From: Phycisphaerae bacterium
GTDB lineage: Bacteria > Planctomycetota > Phycisphaerae > UBA1845
Length of the DNA stretch: 64,000 bases
Reading direction: 5' to 3'
Assembly (NCBI GenBank): GCA_963666835.2
Contig: CAXXGO010000001.1
Location: forward strand, 1,344,001 to 1,408,000
This document shows positions 19,259 to 30,222 of the stretch, one piece after another. Under the pieces are notes generated by a model that saw only the letters and a list, made by a program, of their open reading frames with translations, did not search any database and was not told the origin of the DNA. Positions within the stretch are counted from its first letter, which is position 1, and every line of letters begins with the position of its first letter. The position numbers and the translations under genes were made by a program.

Positions 19259-19439
19259 CGCGGGTGGGGGACGGGTGAGACTCCGACGGGAACTGCACTC
19301 GGCAATCAGTTTCCCACTCTTCGCCTGGGGCTTAGTGTGTATGCCGTGACAGCGTCCATATACGGGGGTATTTTTGTCTACCGTGAGATAACACAGGGCG
19401 AAGGATGGAGCACCCTGGCTGGTAATCAGAGAGACAGGC

Positions 19440-20339
19440 ATGGCTGACCATTGCGTCCTCGGCATCGGCGAGCTTCTGTGGGATTGCTTCGGCAATACCC
19501 GTCGGCCCGGCGGGGCACTGGCCAACGTTGCCTTTCATGCAACGCAACTCGGCGTGCGGGGGCGGGTGTGTTCGCGAGTCGGGTATGATGACCTTGGTGA
19601 TGCCCTGCTTGGCGAGCTGAGCGGGCATGGCGTGGATACTACGTTGATTCAACGGGGCGCCTCGCATCCGACCGGTACGGTGACCGTAGATACTACGCAC
19701 CCGTCGGCCCCGACATATACGATTCACGAAAACGCAGCCTGGGACTACGTCGAATTCGACACGATGCTGGAGGAAGCTGCGGCCCGGGCCTCCGCCGTTT
19801 GCTTCGGGACGCTTGCCCAGCGGTCGCGGCAATCAAAGGAGACGATACACCGTGTCCTCGATGTCGTCCCGGAGGCAATGGTGGTCTATGATCTGAATCT
19901 GCGACCGCCGTGGTACGACCGGAACACGATCGAGTCATCTCTCAATCGCTGCACCGTGGCGAAGCTGAATGAGGACGAGGCTGAGCGGTTGGCGGACCTG
20001 CTCGGCTTTGGCGCATTGGATGCAGCCGATTGCGCGGCACATCTACTTTCGCGGTTTAGTATTACACTTGTTTGCGTCACTCGCGGCCCGAGGGGCTGCC
20101 TCCTCATTACCGATGCGGAACACGTGGATCAACCGGGGCTTACCGTGGAGGTTGCCGACGCCGTAGGTGCCGGAGACGCTTTCACGGCGGCGCTTGTCTG
20201 TGGCCTTCTCTGGAAATGGCCGCTTTCGGCCGTGGCCAGGTTCGCGAACGGCGTGGGAGGGCTCGTGGCAAGTCGGAACGGCGCGATGCCTGACTTGGCT
20301 GAAGAGTACCGGATTTTGCGCGAGAGTGTTTGCACGTAA
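19440..20339 (+). CDS. PfkB-family carbohydrate kinase (fructokinase-like)
   Basis: GIGELLWD, PGGALANVA, FGTLAQR, DAVGAGDAF. Confidence 0.93.
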   Translation: MADHCVLGIGELLWDCFGNTRRPGGALANVAFHATQLGVRGRVCSRVGYDDLGDALLGELSGHGVDTTLIQRGASHPTGTVTVDTTHPSAPTYTIHENAAWDYVEFDTMLEEAAARASAVCFGTLAQRSRQSKETIHRVLDVVPEAMVVYDLNLRPPWYDRNTIESSLNRCTVAKLNEDEAERLADLLGFGALDAADCAAHLLSRFSITLVCVTRGPRGCLLITDAEHVDQPGLTVEVADAVGAGDAFTAALVCGLLWKWPLSAVARFANGVGGLVASRNGAMPDLAEEYRILRESVCT

Positions 20340-20391
20340 CGCGGCATTGAGATCCAAGAGGGCGGTCGGCCTTGGCTGCGCGGCGCGGAGC

Positions 20392-21729
20392 TTAGGTCTG
20401 CCGGGCGCAACCTGTGCCGTCGCCAAGGTCCAGATCCACCGTGTGATCCACTACGGTTGCAGGCAGGCCGCACTCCTTGCGTTGTCTGGACTCTTCCGGT
20501 CCGTCCTTTGATGTTTCGATTCTCATATCCCCCTGGAGGCCCAGATACGCCGCAACGTAGGAGGCAGCGCTCCACGCCTGATAAGCCTTACCCATGGGTC
20601 TTCCGGTGGTGCCGTGAGCCCACTCGGTGAATTCCCACTCTTTTTCCATGCCTTGTCTGCACAGTTCGGCCAGCCGAGTGAGAGCCTTCTCCGCCGATTT
20701 GTGCTCGCCGAGTCTTTCGAGGAACCGGACCCAAAGCCCGCCGACGAACGGCCAGATTCCCCCGTTGTGGTAGTGGTCCGGCAGATTCTGGAGATTGACC
20801 AAGAAGTAATCTCGCCAGTCGGGGGCGCCGGGCTGAATCGGCGGATATAGCACGCGGACCGGGTATGGTTCATCAACGGCAACATCGCGAAGAAACTGCC
20901 CCACTTTCTTAGAACGCGCGGTATCCAGAATACCGTATAGAACTGCGATGATGTTGGCGAAGACGTCGCACCGCCAACTGAAGCCAAACGGGGTGATCTG
21001 GGAGATTAGATACCGTGCCCGGCCCAGGTTGAACTGGGTGCTTGCAAAAGACTCGACGCAATCTCGGATCGTATCCGGTGTGGGCCAGAACTGCTCGTTG
21101 ATAATCTGCCTGATCCGCGCCGCCCGATTGATGTACCGTGCCGACGGCTGGTCGCAGATCTTGCGAAGTTCCACGAAATCCACGTTCGCCCTGTACCAGA
21201 GCACTTCGTCGTAGAGCACGTTATATGATCGTGGGAACAGGTCGGTCCAGTCGGAAGCCTCGGGGACCTCCAACAAGCCGCAGTTGTTCGAATCGTGAGC
21301 CCGCAGCCATTTCATCGTGCGGTGGAGGCGCCCGAAGTACTGCTTCGCAAAATCTACATCACCGGTGACTCTGACGTAGTTCCAGGCCGCGATGACAATC
21401 CAAAGCGCCCCATCGATCCCGGCGATGTTGCCGATGCCTCCGAACTCGGGACGACCGGTAGCGACTTCCACATAATTGGGGAGATGCCCATCGCGGGTCT
21501 GCGCCCCTAGGATGGTCTCCAGCGATCGGCGCGCGCATTCTGTGAGCTCGGGTTCCTCGAGGGGCAAAGCCCACATGAGCGTCATGGCGGCGTCCCTCGC
21601 CCAGACACTTCGATAGTTGCTTCCCGGGTCCTCGTCGTGCTGCATACTGCAGGCGCTGAATCCCCGCTCGGTGACATTCATGTGGAGAACCTGCCGCGCC
21701 TTGTCGAAGGCCTCGTCGATCAGATTCAT
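20392..21729 (-). CDS. Glycoside hydrolase, (alpha/alpha)6 fold, GH100 alkaline/neutral invertase-like
   Basis: YRSVWARD, IDGALWIVI, YHNGGIWPF, FTEWAHG, YQAWSAASY. Confidence 0.75.
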   Translation of the reverse strand: MNLIDEAFDKARQVLHMNVTERGFSACSMQHDEDPGSNYRSVWARDAAMTLMWALPLEEPELTECARRSLETILGAQTRDGHLPNYVEVATGRPEFGGIGNIAGIDGALWIVIAAWNYVRVTGDVDFAKQYFGRLHRTMKWLRAHDSNNCGLLEVPEASDWTDLFPRSYNVLYDEVLWYRANVDFVELRKICDQPSARYINRAARIRQIINEQFWPTPDTIRDCVESFASTQFNLGRARYLISQITPFGFSWRCDVFANIIAVLYGILDTARSKKVGQFLRDVAVDEPYPVRVLYPPIQPGAPDWRDYFLVNLQNLPDHYHNGGIWPFVGGLWVRFLERLGEHKSAEKALTRLAELCRQGMEKEWEFTEWAHGTTGRPMGKAYQAWSAASYVAAYLGLQGDMRIETSKDGPEESRQRKECGLPATVVDHTVDLDLGDGTGCARQT

Positions 21730-24700
21730 GGTGCTTCCTCCGTGCTGTCGTTCTTGACGGGCCGATTGCCGTCTTCACGAGTTTCCATTGTCCCGACTGT
21801 GGTGCCGCTAATCGGCAGTACATCCCGGATGCTCCGCACATGAATGTCGCATTGCGGGAAGGCAATCTCGACACCGGCCTCGCGAAACGCGGCATCGATC
21901 GCCTTATTGAGGTTGTGTCTGACTTTCAAGTATTGATCGATGCTTGGAACGAAGACTCGCAGCTCGAAAGTGAGGGAACTGTCGCCGAAGTCCAGGAACA
22001 AAACTCTGGGTTCCGGTTCGGCAAGGACGTCTTCCGTGGCACGCGCGACTTCGTATAGAATTGATTCGGCCAGATCCGTGTCTGAACCGTAAGCGATACC
22101 GACCGGGATCTTGACTCTGAGCACCGAGTCGGTCAGTGACCAGTTGACCACCTGTCCGGTGACGAACTCCTTATTGGGGATTACGAGTTCCTTTCTGTCC
22201 CAGTCAGTAATGGTAGTAGCCCGGATTCGAATGCGTGCAACTTCGCCGCTTATATCGCCGACAGTGACTGTATCGCCGATGCGGATTGGGCGCTCGAACA
22301 ACAGGATCAGGCCGGACACGAAGTTGGCAAAGATCTCCTGCAGGCCGAATCCCAGACCGACGGTCATGGCCGCAACAAGCCACTGCACCTTCGACCAACC
22401 GACGCCGATTGAACCAAAAGCCACGATCACGCCTACCACGATTATGATGTACCGGGCAATCGTAGTAATAGCGAACCGCCCGCCCCGATCGACGGGCAAC
22501 TTGCTGAGAAGGGCGATTTCCAGCAGCCCGGGTATGTTTTTCGCCAGGATCATTGTGACGACCGTGACAAGTAACGCGAGGACCATGTGCGCCAAGGTCA
22601 CGTATGCAACTTGCGGAGCCGGGGGTGCGGCGCTCGCCTCACCGGCCGTGTTGACGGTAGTAGACGTGTAGGACCAGAGCCTTACGTCTTTCATGAAGCC
22701 CAGCGAAGGCAGCAAATCAACCCAGAGAAACCAAAGACCAATCACCAGACCAAGCACGATGAACGAGCGCAAGAGTTTTCGAGTCTGCGCGCCGACGGCG
22801 ACTAAGTCCAAATCCGGTCCATCGAGTGACGATGGATCAGAAACAGGAGACGTTCCCGCGGTCTGCAAATCTGCTACCCGCTTTGCCTGTTTAGCCTTGG
22901 CCTGCTGGAGTGCCAGGCGGCGCTGGGCCACGAGTAACCAGCGGACCATCATTGCGTGCAGAAGCACTAGCAGCAAGATAAGCCACGCCGTGTGGGCCAG
23001 CCGCTGGGCAAACTCAACCGCGGTGTAGTGGTAGCCGGCGAAAGACATCGCCGCTAGGACAAGTGGCGCCAGTAATGCGGCCAGGTACCAGACATACCTC
23101 AGGCCATACAGCCAGCCACTCTTGGTCCGAAGGTAGCGGCGTGCCAACACTCCCGTGCGCGGGCGGAGAATCCGGTGGCCGAAAAGGCCTAACGCAATCA
23201 TGCCAGCGATAAAGGCGAGCCGACCGAATAGCTCACGCCAGTCAACATCTGTGTATTGTTCGGTGAAGGAGACAACGCCGATAGCGGGAATACCGACAAT
23301 CGCAAGCCAACGGATGTCGCGACGCAGGAGTACGGTGCTCGCAGAGTCCCAGCGGAAGTGCTTTTCGGCCAGCCCCTGCGAGCGGCAGATCCGGCGGACA
23401 AGCCCTAAGGTGAGCATCAATAGCGAGATCGCACAAAGGGCTGCCCCGACGGCTTCCGCCAGTCCGTACGCGGCGGCTTCCGTGCCGCCCACCGACGACG
23501 GAGTGCGCCATGCGAGAAAGAGCAAAAGAACCGGCCAAGGAAGTGCGAGGATCAGCGTATAAGCAAACGCCTGAATCGTGAGCCAATAGGAGTCAGTCGC
23601 GGCCCGTGCGACCTTCTGGCTGATTTCGCGCAAAGACGAGCGGATTCTGAACCGCGCTGCAAACATGGCGGCGACGGCGAGAACGATTAGGGCGTACATG
23701 ACCTGATGGGTGGCCGCATCTTGTAGTACTGATTGGGAAAGTATGGGCCACGCCGGGCTAAGGGCCGGCCAATCGTCCGGAAGCCTCACTCGATAAAGCG
23801 GCTCCGCACTCGGAATCCACAGGACGTGGCGTTCAATGAACTCGCCAAACTCGCTTACCTTCGCCAGCAGACTATTCGTGGCCGTGCTGAGCTGGATCAG
23901 GTCGTTCGTATAGGTCTCGTAATCCTTCTTCAAACCGTCGAGCAAGTCTCGGCGGGATTCAAGCGACTCCCGGATCCGAGGCTCGACGCGCGCGAGGTTG
24001 TACGACATGTCGGATTCGGCCAGAGCATCAAGAACCTCCTGCACGCGGGCGTCAAGATCCGCCAGGTTCACACGGTCGTTCTCAATCTCCGTGTGTCTGA
24101 GGCGTGCCTGGGCGAGCTGTTGCCGGACTGATCGCAGTTGAAGCTCGTGGCTGCGAAGACCTTCGAGCTCTGTTCGGTGCTGCCGCATCACCGGACCGAT
24201 GAACTCCGACATTCCCTCCGTGCCGGCGTTATCCTGAACGAACTTGAAACCCTTCGCGAGCTTGTCGCCGGCTTCTGCCACCTGCTTGGCATTTGTCTTC
24301 AGCTCACCGAGCCTCTGGTTAAGCGCGGCTCGTTCCTCGGCCAACTGCGCGTTACTCTCAGCGAGCTCTCGGACTGCGGAAGGAGCCCGGGCCAGCTCCT
24401 CCTCGGTCTGCTGTCTTTGCCTCTCCACATCCGCTTGGCGGCGTTGGGTTACCAAGGCCTGCAGGGCGGCTGTCCGGGCTTGAGCTTCCGAGACCGCCAG
24501 TCTTGCTTCGTCGCGGCGCACCGCCAACACGTCGCTTCGAGCGCTGTAGAATCGAAGCTCCTCATCGTACGCCGTTATTTCCCGCTCGATCGCGCGTTTC
24601 TGGGCCGAGAGCAACATTTTCTTGGCTTGGGCGATTTGGGGACTTAATCCAGGGGCCGGAGTGGCGGCCAGCTCCGGGGTAAGTTTCTCGATTCTCCGGT

Positions 24701-25277
24701 TGGCCTCCGCCAGAAGCTCCGGGATGACAATCCGCCGATCCGACCTTTGCTTAGCCTCATCCTCGAGCTTCTTGGCCTCATCTTGCTTGGCCTTGAGATC
24801 AGCCTCCGCCTGGGTCAGGTCTTGGGACAGCTTTTCCAGGGGCGCGCCTGACTCGACCTCCGTGACTGGCACCGTGCCCGGCTGTTTCGCGGTGTTGGCC
24901 AACCGGGTTTTGACCTTCTCGAGATCGGCAGGAGCCTCCTCGCGCCCTTTCCGATAGGAATCGATCTTGGCGGCCCAGTTGCCCGCGATGTTGACCTGTT
25001 CCAAGGCTTGGTTATAGAAGCCAAGGAGCTCTGTTTTCGTCGTCTCGGGCAGGTCGTTCGTGGCTTTTATTTGTTTAATGCGATCCTGAATGCTGTCCGC
25101 CGACAGATCGGAAACCGGCTCGCTCGGCTGGTCCTGTTGTACGGCCTGTTGAGCGTCAGGCTGTGCCGGCGGCAGGCTGGAAGGTTCCTGGGCGGTTAGC
25201 GGCGAGCACCATGCGCAAACGACCACACCGATCCGAAGAACCCGGAGCAGTGGGTAGCGGCTGCTTCTGCAGTACAT
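21726..25277 (-). CDS. MscK/KefA-like mechanosensitive channel
   Basis: Long periplasmic coiled coil, multiple TMs, MscS core VGLGFGLQEIFANFVSGLILLFERPIRIGD; start approximate. Confidence 0.93.
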   Translation of the reverse strand: MYCRSSRYPLLRVLRIGVVVCAWCSPLTAQEPSSLPPAQPDAQQAVQQDQPSEPVSDLSADSIQDRIKQIKATNDLPETTKTELLGFYNQALEQVNIAGNWAAKIDSYRKGREEAPADLEKVKTRLANTAKQPGTVPVTEVESGAPLEKLSQDLTQAEADLKAKQDEAKKLEDEAKQRSDRRIVIPELLAEANRRIEKLTPELAATPAPGLSPQIAQAKKMLLSAQKRAIEREITAYDEELRFYSARSDVLAVRRDEARLAVSEAQARTAALQALVTQRRQADVERQRQQTEEELARAPSAVRELAESNAQLAEERAALNQRLGELKTNAKQVAEAGDKLAKGFKFVQDNAGTEGMSEFIGPVMRQHRTELEGLRSHELQLRSVRQQLAQARLRHTEIENDRVNLADLDARVQEVLDALAESDMSYNLARVEPRIRESLESRRDLLDGLKKDYETYTNDLIQLSTATNSLLAKVSEFGEFIERHVLWIPSAEPLYRVRLPDDWPALSPAWPILSQSVLQDAATHQVMYALIVLAVAAMFAARFRIRSSLREISQKVARAATDSYWLTIQAFAYTLILALPWPVLLLFLAWRTPSSVGGTEAAAYGLAEAVGAALCAISLLMLTLGLVRRICRSQGLAEKHFRWDSASTVLLRRDIRWLAIVGIPAIGVVSFTEQYTDVDWRELFGRLAFIAGMIALGLFGHRILRPRTGVLARRYLRTKSGWLYGLRYVWYLAALLAPLVLAAMSFAGYHYTAVEFAQRLAHTAWLILLLVLLHAMMVRWLLVAQRRLALQQAKAKQAKRVADLQTAGTSPVSDPSSLDGPDLDLVAVGAQTRKLLRSFIVLGLVIGLWFLWVDLLPSLGFMKDVRLWSYTSTTVNTAGEASAAPPAPQVAYVTLAHMVLALLVTVVTMILAKNIPGLLEIALLSKLPVDRGGRFAITTIARYIIIVVGVIVAFGSIGVGWSKVQWLVAAMTVGLGFGLQEIFANFVSGLILLFERPIRIGDTVTVGDISGEVARIRIRATTITDWDRKELVIPNKEFVTGQVVNWSLTDSVLRVKIPVGIAYGSDTDLAESILYEVARATEDVLAEPEPRVLFLDFGDSSLTFELRVFVPSIDQYLKVRHNLNKAIDAAFREAGVEIAFPQCDIHVRSIRDVLPISGTTVGTMETREDGNRPVKNDSTEEAP

Positions 25278-25834
25278 GAGCACATCTCCGTAAGCGGCGG
25301 ACTCTCCGAGGAGCCGGCTCGGCCTGGAACGGTTCAGGCCCCGCAGCCCCCCGAGGCGAAAGCATACCTCGAAATCCGGTTCCCTGGTACGATGGGTACA
25401 AGCATCCGATGCCGAGGCGCTGGACACGACCAGACAGGAAACGAGATCGTTGCAGGATCACGGTTCATCTTGCCCCATTTGCCTTTTTGTCCGGCTTTTC
25501 CGCAGATTCTATCGGTGGTGGCGCTTGGGCGCTGTTAGGGGGGAGCCCTCGAGTTCTTCGGGGTTTTTCGAGGCATTGCTCCAGCGTCTGAAGGGAATAG
25601 GGAGCCGACCCCGCCGTCGTCTAGGACGGCGGGGCTGGCCGGCGCCTTCGGTGCGCCGTCGGCTTGGCTATCCCTTGCCGGGTCGTTCTCCAGCAGGGTC
25701 CGCCTCCGTTTTACCAAGCCGGGCTAGGGTACCAACCGGCCGCGGTTTGCTTGAGCGGCATCCGGTCGACGTTGGTTTCAAGATGGGGGCGGACGCGGTC
25801 GCCCGCCCCAGTCGAAATGCCTCAGGCAATCACA

Positions 25835-26623
25835 TCAGTAGGCGGTACATGGCCAGCCTGAGCTACCCGGGTCGTACGGGTACTTGCTGCCCGTGAATGC
25901 GTTTATCTCTATCAGGACGTCTGACATAGTGACGATTTCGTTGGGACCTTCGTCATGCAGGTCCACCCAGTGGCGGGGGGGGGCTTGAACCGCGCTCTGG
26001 AATCTCTGGATTATAGCCATAAGGTCGTTCATATTCACCAAGCCGTCCGGTCCCGTCCAGGATCCATCCTCGGGCGGGCCCACGACATCGCCCCAGTATT
26101 TCTGGCTTGGTTTGGGAGTTGATGAAACCACGAGCGGATCCGACCAAGTACTCGCACCGTCACCAGCTCGGACCTCAAACGTCGCGGCCGGGTGGATCAT
26201 ACAGTCGAAGATGTGCAGCGGCTCCTCCGGCCAGGTCTGCACCAATGGCATGGAGATCAGCGGGTAGTAGCCCTGCGCCGTGACCGAACCGACATACTTG
26301 GTCTCGCCGACCGAATCCGGGAAGTACAAGCTGGATGTCACTTTCACCTGCAGCGCGACCGGATCACCCACGTTCTCCGCCATGATCGAGATGTAGCGGC
26401 TCTTTGTGTTGTCTTCGGGAGGCGGCGGCAGCACGGGGGACTCATACGGATCGCGGGCATCGCCATACTCTACCTCTCCCTCATTCCAATCGTCGCTCGT
26501 AGGCTGAGGAGTAGTGTCGGTCGAATCGGCTAAGATGCCATGGACGCTCCAGCCAAACACAATCAGCCCTGCAACCGCCAACCCCGCGATTGCACGTTTC
26601 CGGTAAACTTGTGTGTTTTTCAT
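25835..26623 (-). CDS. Secreted hypothetical protein with C-terminal dockerin/EF-hand-like repeats
   Basis: Signal peptide, GGAGG SD, WGDVVG...PDGLVNMNDLMAII and PNEIVTMSDVLIEI repeats. Confidence 0.75.
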   Translation of the reverse strand: MKNTQVYRKRAIAGLAVAGLIVFGWSVHGILADSTDTTPQPTSDDWNEGEVEYGDARDPYESPVLPPPPEDNTKSRYISIMAENVGDPVALQVKVTSSLYFPDSVGETKYVGSVTAQGYYPLISMPLVQTWPEEPLHIFDCMIHPAATFEVRAGDGASTWSDPLVVSSTPKPSQKYWGDVVGPPEDGSWTGPDGLVNMNDLMAIIQRFQSAVQAPPRHWVDLHDEGPNEIVTMSDVLIEINAFTGSKYPYDPGSSGWPCTAY

Positions 26624-26859
26624 GACCATTGACCTCCGTTGTTTAGATACGAACACCTCAACCTATGAGATAGGTTCTCCTCCGGACTAGTTGTTAGTCG
26701 TTTCACGGGCGGTGGCCCGTCCCCAAAGGCCGAAGCAACTTCGGCGTCGGCTTGCGACTCCGAAGTTGCCCCGCCCCGTCTATTCGAGTTGTCTATGGAA
26801 AGTCGAATACTGCTCGACCAGCGGGACCCGTGATCGGATTCCCATCGGAAAACGTCGGC

Positions 26860-29800
26860 TTATTCGACGCACCCAAGCACACTGTCGCAGGTCATGCCGG
26901 CCGGGCAGGCCGTGTGGTCGGGAGTGTTCAAGCACGTATCTCCCTCCTCCCAGCAGGCGTCTATCGTGCAATCAACGCCGTCGTCACAGTCGACCAGCGT
27001 GCCGCTTTGGCAGGTCTGATTCGCATCGCACGTTTCCAGGCCGTTACAGAATGCCCCGTCGTCGCAATGAGTGTCGCTTTCGCACTCGACGCACCCATAC
27101 GTCGTGCTGCAGATCCAATCCCCCAGGCACATCCAGTCGCGAGGGACGTTGTAGCACACGTCCGCCGTTGTATAGCAGGCGTCTTCCGTGCATGCGATGC
27201 CGTCGTCGCAGGTCTCGGGCGGCCCGGACTGGCAGTCAAGAGCCAGATCGCAGTACTCCACACCGTCGCAGAGCACGTCGTTGTCACATGACTCGTGATC
27301 GAGGGTGTGCTCACAGGTGTTCGTGGCCAGGTTACACGTGTCCACCGTGCAGCCTACCTCATCATCACAGTGGGCGTCGTTATAGCACTCGACACAGCCG
27401 AGCGTCGTGCTGCAAACGGAATCCCCGGCGCACAGCCAGTCGCAGGGTACATTGTAGCACACGTCCATTGTTGAATAGCAGGCGTCTTGCGTGCACTCGA
27501 TGCCGTCGTCGCAGGTTTCGGGAGGGCCGGACTGACAGTCAAGCGCCGGATCGCAGTACTCCACACCGTCGCACAGCACGTCGTTGTCACATGACGCGTG
27601 ATCGAGAACATGCTCGCAGGTGTTCGTGGCCAGATTACACGTGTCGACCGTGCAGCCGACGCCGTCATCGCAGTGACCGTCGCCGTAGCATTCAACGCAG
27701 CCGAGCGTGATACTGCAAACCCAATCCCCGGCGCACATCCAGTCGCGAGGCAGATTGTAGCACACGTCCTGCGTGGCATAGCAGGCGTCTTCCGTACACT
27801 CGATACCGTCGTCGCAGGTCTCGGGCGGGCCGGACTGACAGTCAAGAGCCGGATCGCAGAATTCCACGCCATCGCAGAGCACGTCATTGTCACACGATGC
27901 ATGATCGAGGGCATGTTCGCAGGTGTTCGTGGCCAGGTTACAGGTATCGACCGTGCAGCCGACCTCATCATCACAGTGAGCGTCGTTATAACACTCGACA
28001 CAGCCGAGCGTCGTGCTGCAAACGAAATCCCCGGCGCACAGCCAGTCGCAGGGCACATTGTAGCACACGTCCATTGTTGAATAGCAGGCGTCTTGTGTGC
28101 AGTCGATGCCGTCGTCGCAAGTCTCGGGTGGACCGGACTGGCAGTCTAGAGTCGGATCGCAGAATTCCACGCCGTCGCAGAGTACGTCGTTGTCACATGA
28201 CGCGTGATCGAGGGCATGCTCGCACGTGTTCGTCGCCAGATTACACGTGTCGACCGTGCAGCCGACCTCATCATCACAGTGGACGTCGCTGTCGCATTCG
28301 ACACATCCGTACGTCATACTGCAGATGAAATCCCCCTCGCACATCCAATCTCGCGGCAGGTTGTAGCACGTTCCCTGCGGTCCGTAGCAGGCGTCTTCGG
28401 TGCACTCGATGCCGTCGTCGCAATCGATGGGGGTGCCGCTTTGGCACATGCCCATGGCGTCGCACGTTTCTTCACCGTTGCAGGTATCGCCGTCGTCGCA
28501 ATCCTCGTCGTCGTCGCACTCGATGCACCCGAGTGTCGTACTGCAGATCCAGTTCTCGGGGCACATCCAATCGCGAGGCACGTTGTAGCACACATCCGCC
28601 GTTGTATAGCAGGCGTCCTCCGTACACTCGATGCCGTCGTCGCAGGTTTCGGGCGGGCCGGACTGGCAATCGAGAGTCGGATCGCAGTATTCCACGCCGT
28701 CGCAGAGCACGTCGTTATCGCACGACGCATGATCGACGGCGTGCTCACAGGTGTTCGTAGCCGGATCACACGTGTCGACCGTACAGCCAACGGCGTCATC
28801 ACAATGGGCGTCGCTGTAGCACTCAACACAGCCGAGTGTCACACTGCAGACCCAATCCCCGGCGCACATCCAGTCGCGAGGCACGTTGTAGCACACGTCC
28901 TGCGTGGCATAGCAGGCGTCTTCCGTACATGCGATACCGTCATCGCAGGTCTCGGGCGGACCGGACTGACAATCAAGAGCCGGATCGCAGTACTCCACGC
29001 CGTCGCAGAATACCCCGTTGTCACACGATGCATGATCGAGGGCATGTTCGCAGGTGTTCGTGGCCAGGTTACACGTGTCGATCGTGCAGCCGACCCCATC
29101 ATTACAGTGAGTGTCGTTATAGCACTCGACACAGCCGAGCGTCGTGCTGCAAACGAAATCCCCGGCGCACAACCAGTCGCAGGGTATATTGTAGCACACA
29201 TCCGCCGTTGTATAGCAGGCGTCTTGAGTACAGTCGATGCCGTCGTCGCAGGTCTCGGGCGGGCCGGACTGGCAGTCGAGAGTCGGATCACAGAATTCCA
29301 CACCGTCACAGAGCACGTCGTTGTCGCATGACGCATGATCGAGCGCGTGCTCGCAGGTGTTCGTGGTCATATTACAGGTGTCGATCGTACAGCCGACCCC
29401 ATCATCACAGTGGGCGTCGCTGTCGCACTCGACGCATCCGTAAGTCACGCTGCAGATGAAATCGCCCTCACACATCCAATCTCGCGGCAGGTTGTAACAC
29501 GTTGCCTGCGGTCCGTAGCAGGCATCTTCCGTACACTCAATGTCATCGTCGCAATCGACGGCCGTGCCGGCTTGGCACATCCCACTCGCATCGCACGTTT
29601 CTTGGCCGTTACAGGCATAGTCGTCGTCGCAATCCTCGTCGTCGTCGCATTCGATGCACCCGAGCGTTGTGCTGCAGAACATACCTGTCGGGCACATCCA
29701 ATCGCGAGGCACGTTATAGCACACATCCGCCGTCGTATAGCAGGCGTCTTCGGTACACTCGATGCCGTCGTCGCACGTCTCGGGCACGCCGGCCTGGCAG

Positions 29801-30222
29801 GTGCCCTTAACGCACTGCTCAACACCGTTGCAGAACACCCCGTCGTCACATTCAAGGTCTACGTTGCAGTCGACGCAGCCGAATTCCGTACTGCACACCT
29901 GCTTGCTGGGGCATAGTGCGTCAACGGGTACATACACACAGAAGCCTTCAATCAGGTCGCAGATGTCTGTTGTGCAGGCAATGGAATCGTCGCAGTCTTT
30001 GTCCACTGCGCACTTCTCTGATGACTTACAATCGGAGGACACGACCGGGGCACCAGAGTCATCGGCGCCCGACAAGGTGGGCTCGGGGGAAGTTCTTCCG
30101 AGATCGGCTGCGACGACGATCGAAGTCACCGCAGTGAATATCGTCAGATACAGCATTATCGCGCATGCCCTGCGCCACCCATTTACATGATGTCGATCGC
30201 GTTCAATCGCTACGTTTTTCAT
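26860..30222 (-). CDS. Large secreted cysteine-rich repeat protein
   Basis: Hydrophobic N-terminus then almost entirely CDDGIxCTxDxC / CDGVExC repeats; strong SD before MKNVAI. Confidence 0.88.
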   Translation of the reverse strand: MKNVAIERDRHHVNGWRRACAIMLYLTIFTAVTSIVVAADLGRTSPEPTLSGADDSGAPVVSSDCKSSEKCAVDKDCDDSIACTTDICDLIEGFCVYVPVDALCPSKQVCSTEFGCVDCNVDLECDDGVFCNGVEQCVKGTCQAGVPETCDDGIECTEDACYTTADVCYNVPRDWMCPTGMFCSTTLGCIECDDDEDCDDDYACNGQETCDASGMCQAGTAVDCDDDIECTEDACYGPQATCYNLPRDWMCEGDFICSVTYGCVECDSDAHCDDGVGCTIDTCNMTTNTCEHALDHASCDNDVLCDGVEFCDPTLDCQSGPPETCDDGIDCTQDACYTTADVCYNIPCDWLCAGDFVCSTTLGCVECYNDTHCNDGVGCTIDTCNLATNTCEHALDHASCDNGVFCDGVEYCDPALDCQSGPPETCDDGIACTEDACYATQDVCYNVPRDWMCAGDWVCSVTLGCVECYSDAHCDDAVGCTVDTCDPATNTCEHAVDHASCDNDVLCDGVEYCDPTLDCQSGPPETCDDGIECTEDACYTTADVCYNVPRDWMCPENWICSTTLGCIECDDDEDCDDGDTCNGEETCDAMGMCQSGTPIDCDDGIECTEDACYGPQGTCYNLPRDWMCEGDFICSMTYGCVECDSDVHCDDEVGCTVDTCNLATNTCEHALDHASCDNDVLCDGVEFCDPTLDCQSGPPETCDDGIDCTQDACYSTMDVCYNVPCDWLCAGDFVCSTTLGCVECYNDAHCDDEVGCTVDTCNLATNTCEHALDHASCDNDVLCDGVEFCDPALDCQSGPPETCDDGIECTEDACYATQDVCYNLPRDWMCAGDWVCSITLGCVECYGDGHCDDGVGCTVDTCNLATNTCEHVLDHASCDNDVLCDGVEYCDPALDCQSGPPETCDDGIECTQDACYSTMDVCYNVPCDWLCAGDSVCSTTLGCVECYNDAHCDDEVGCTVDTCNLATNTCEHTLDHESCDNDVLCDGVEYCDLALDCQSGPPETCDDGIACTEDACYTTADVCYNVPRDWMCLGDWICSTTYGCVECESDTHCDDGAFCNGLETCDANQTCQSGTLVDCDDGVDCTIDACWEEGDTCLNTPDHTACPAGMTCDSVLGCVE

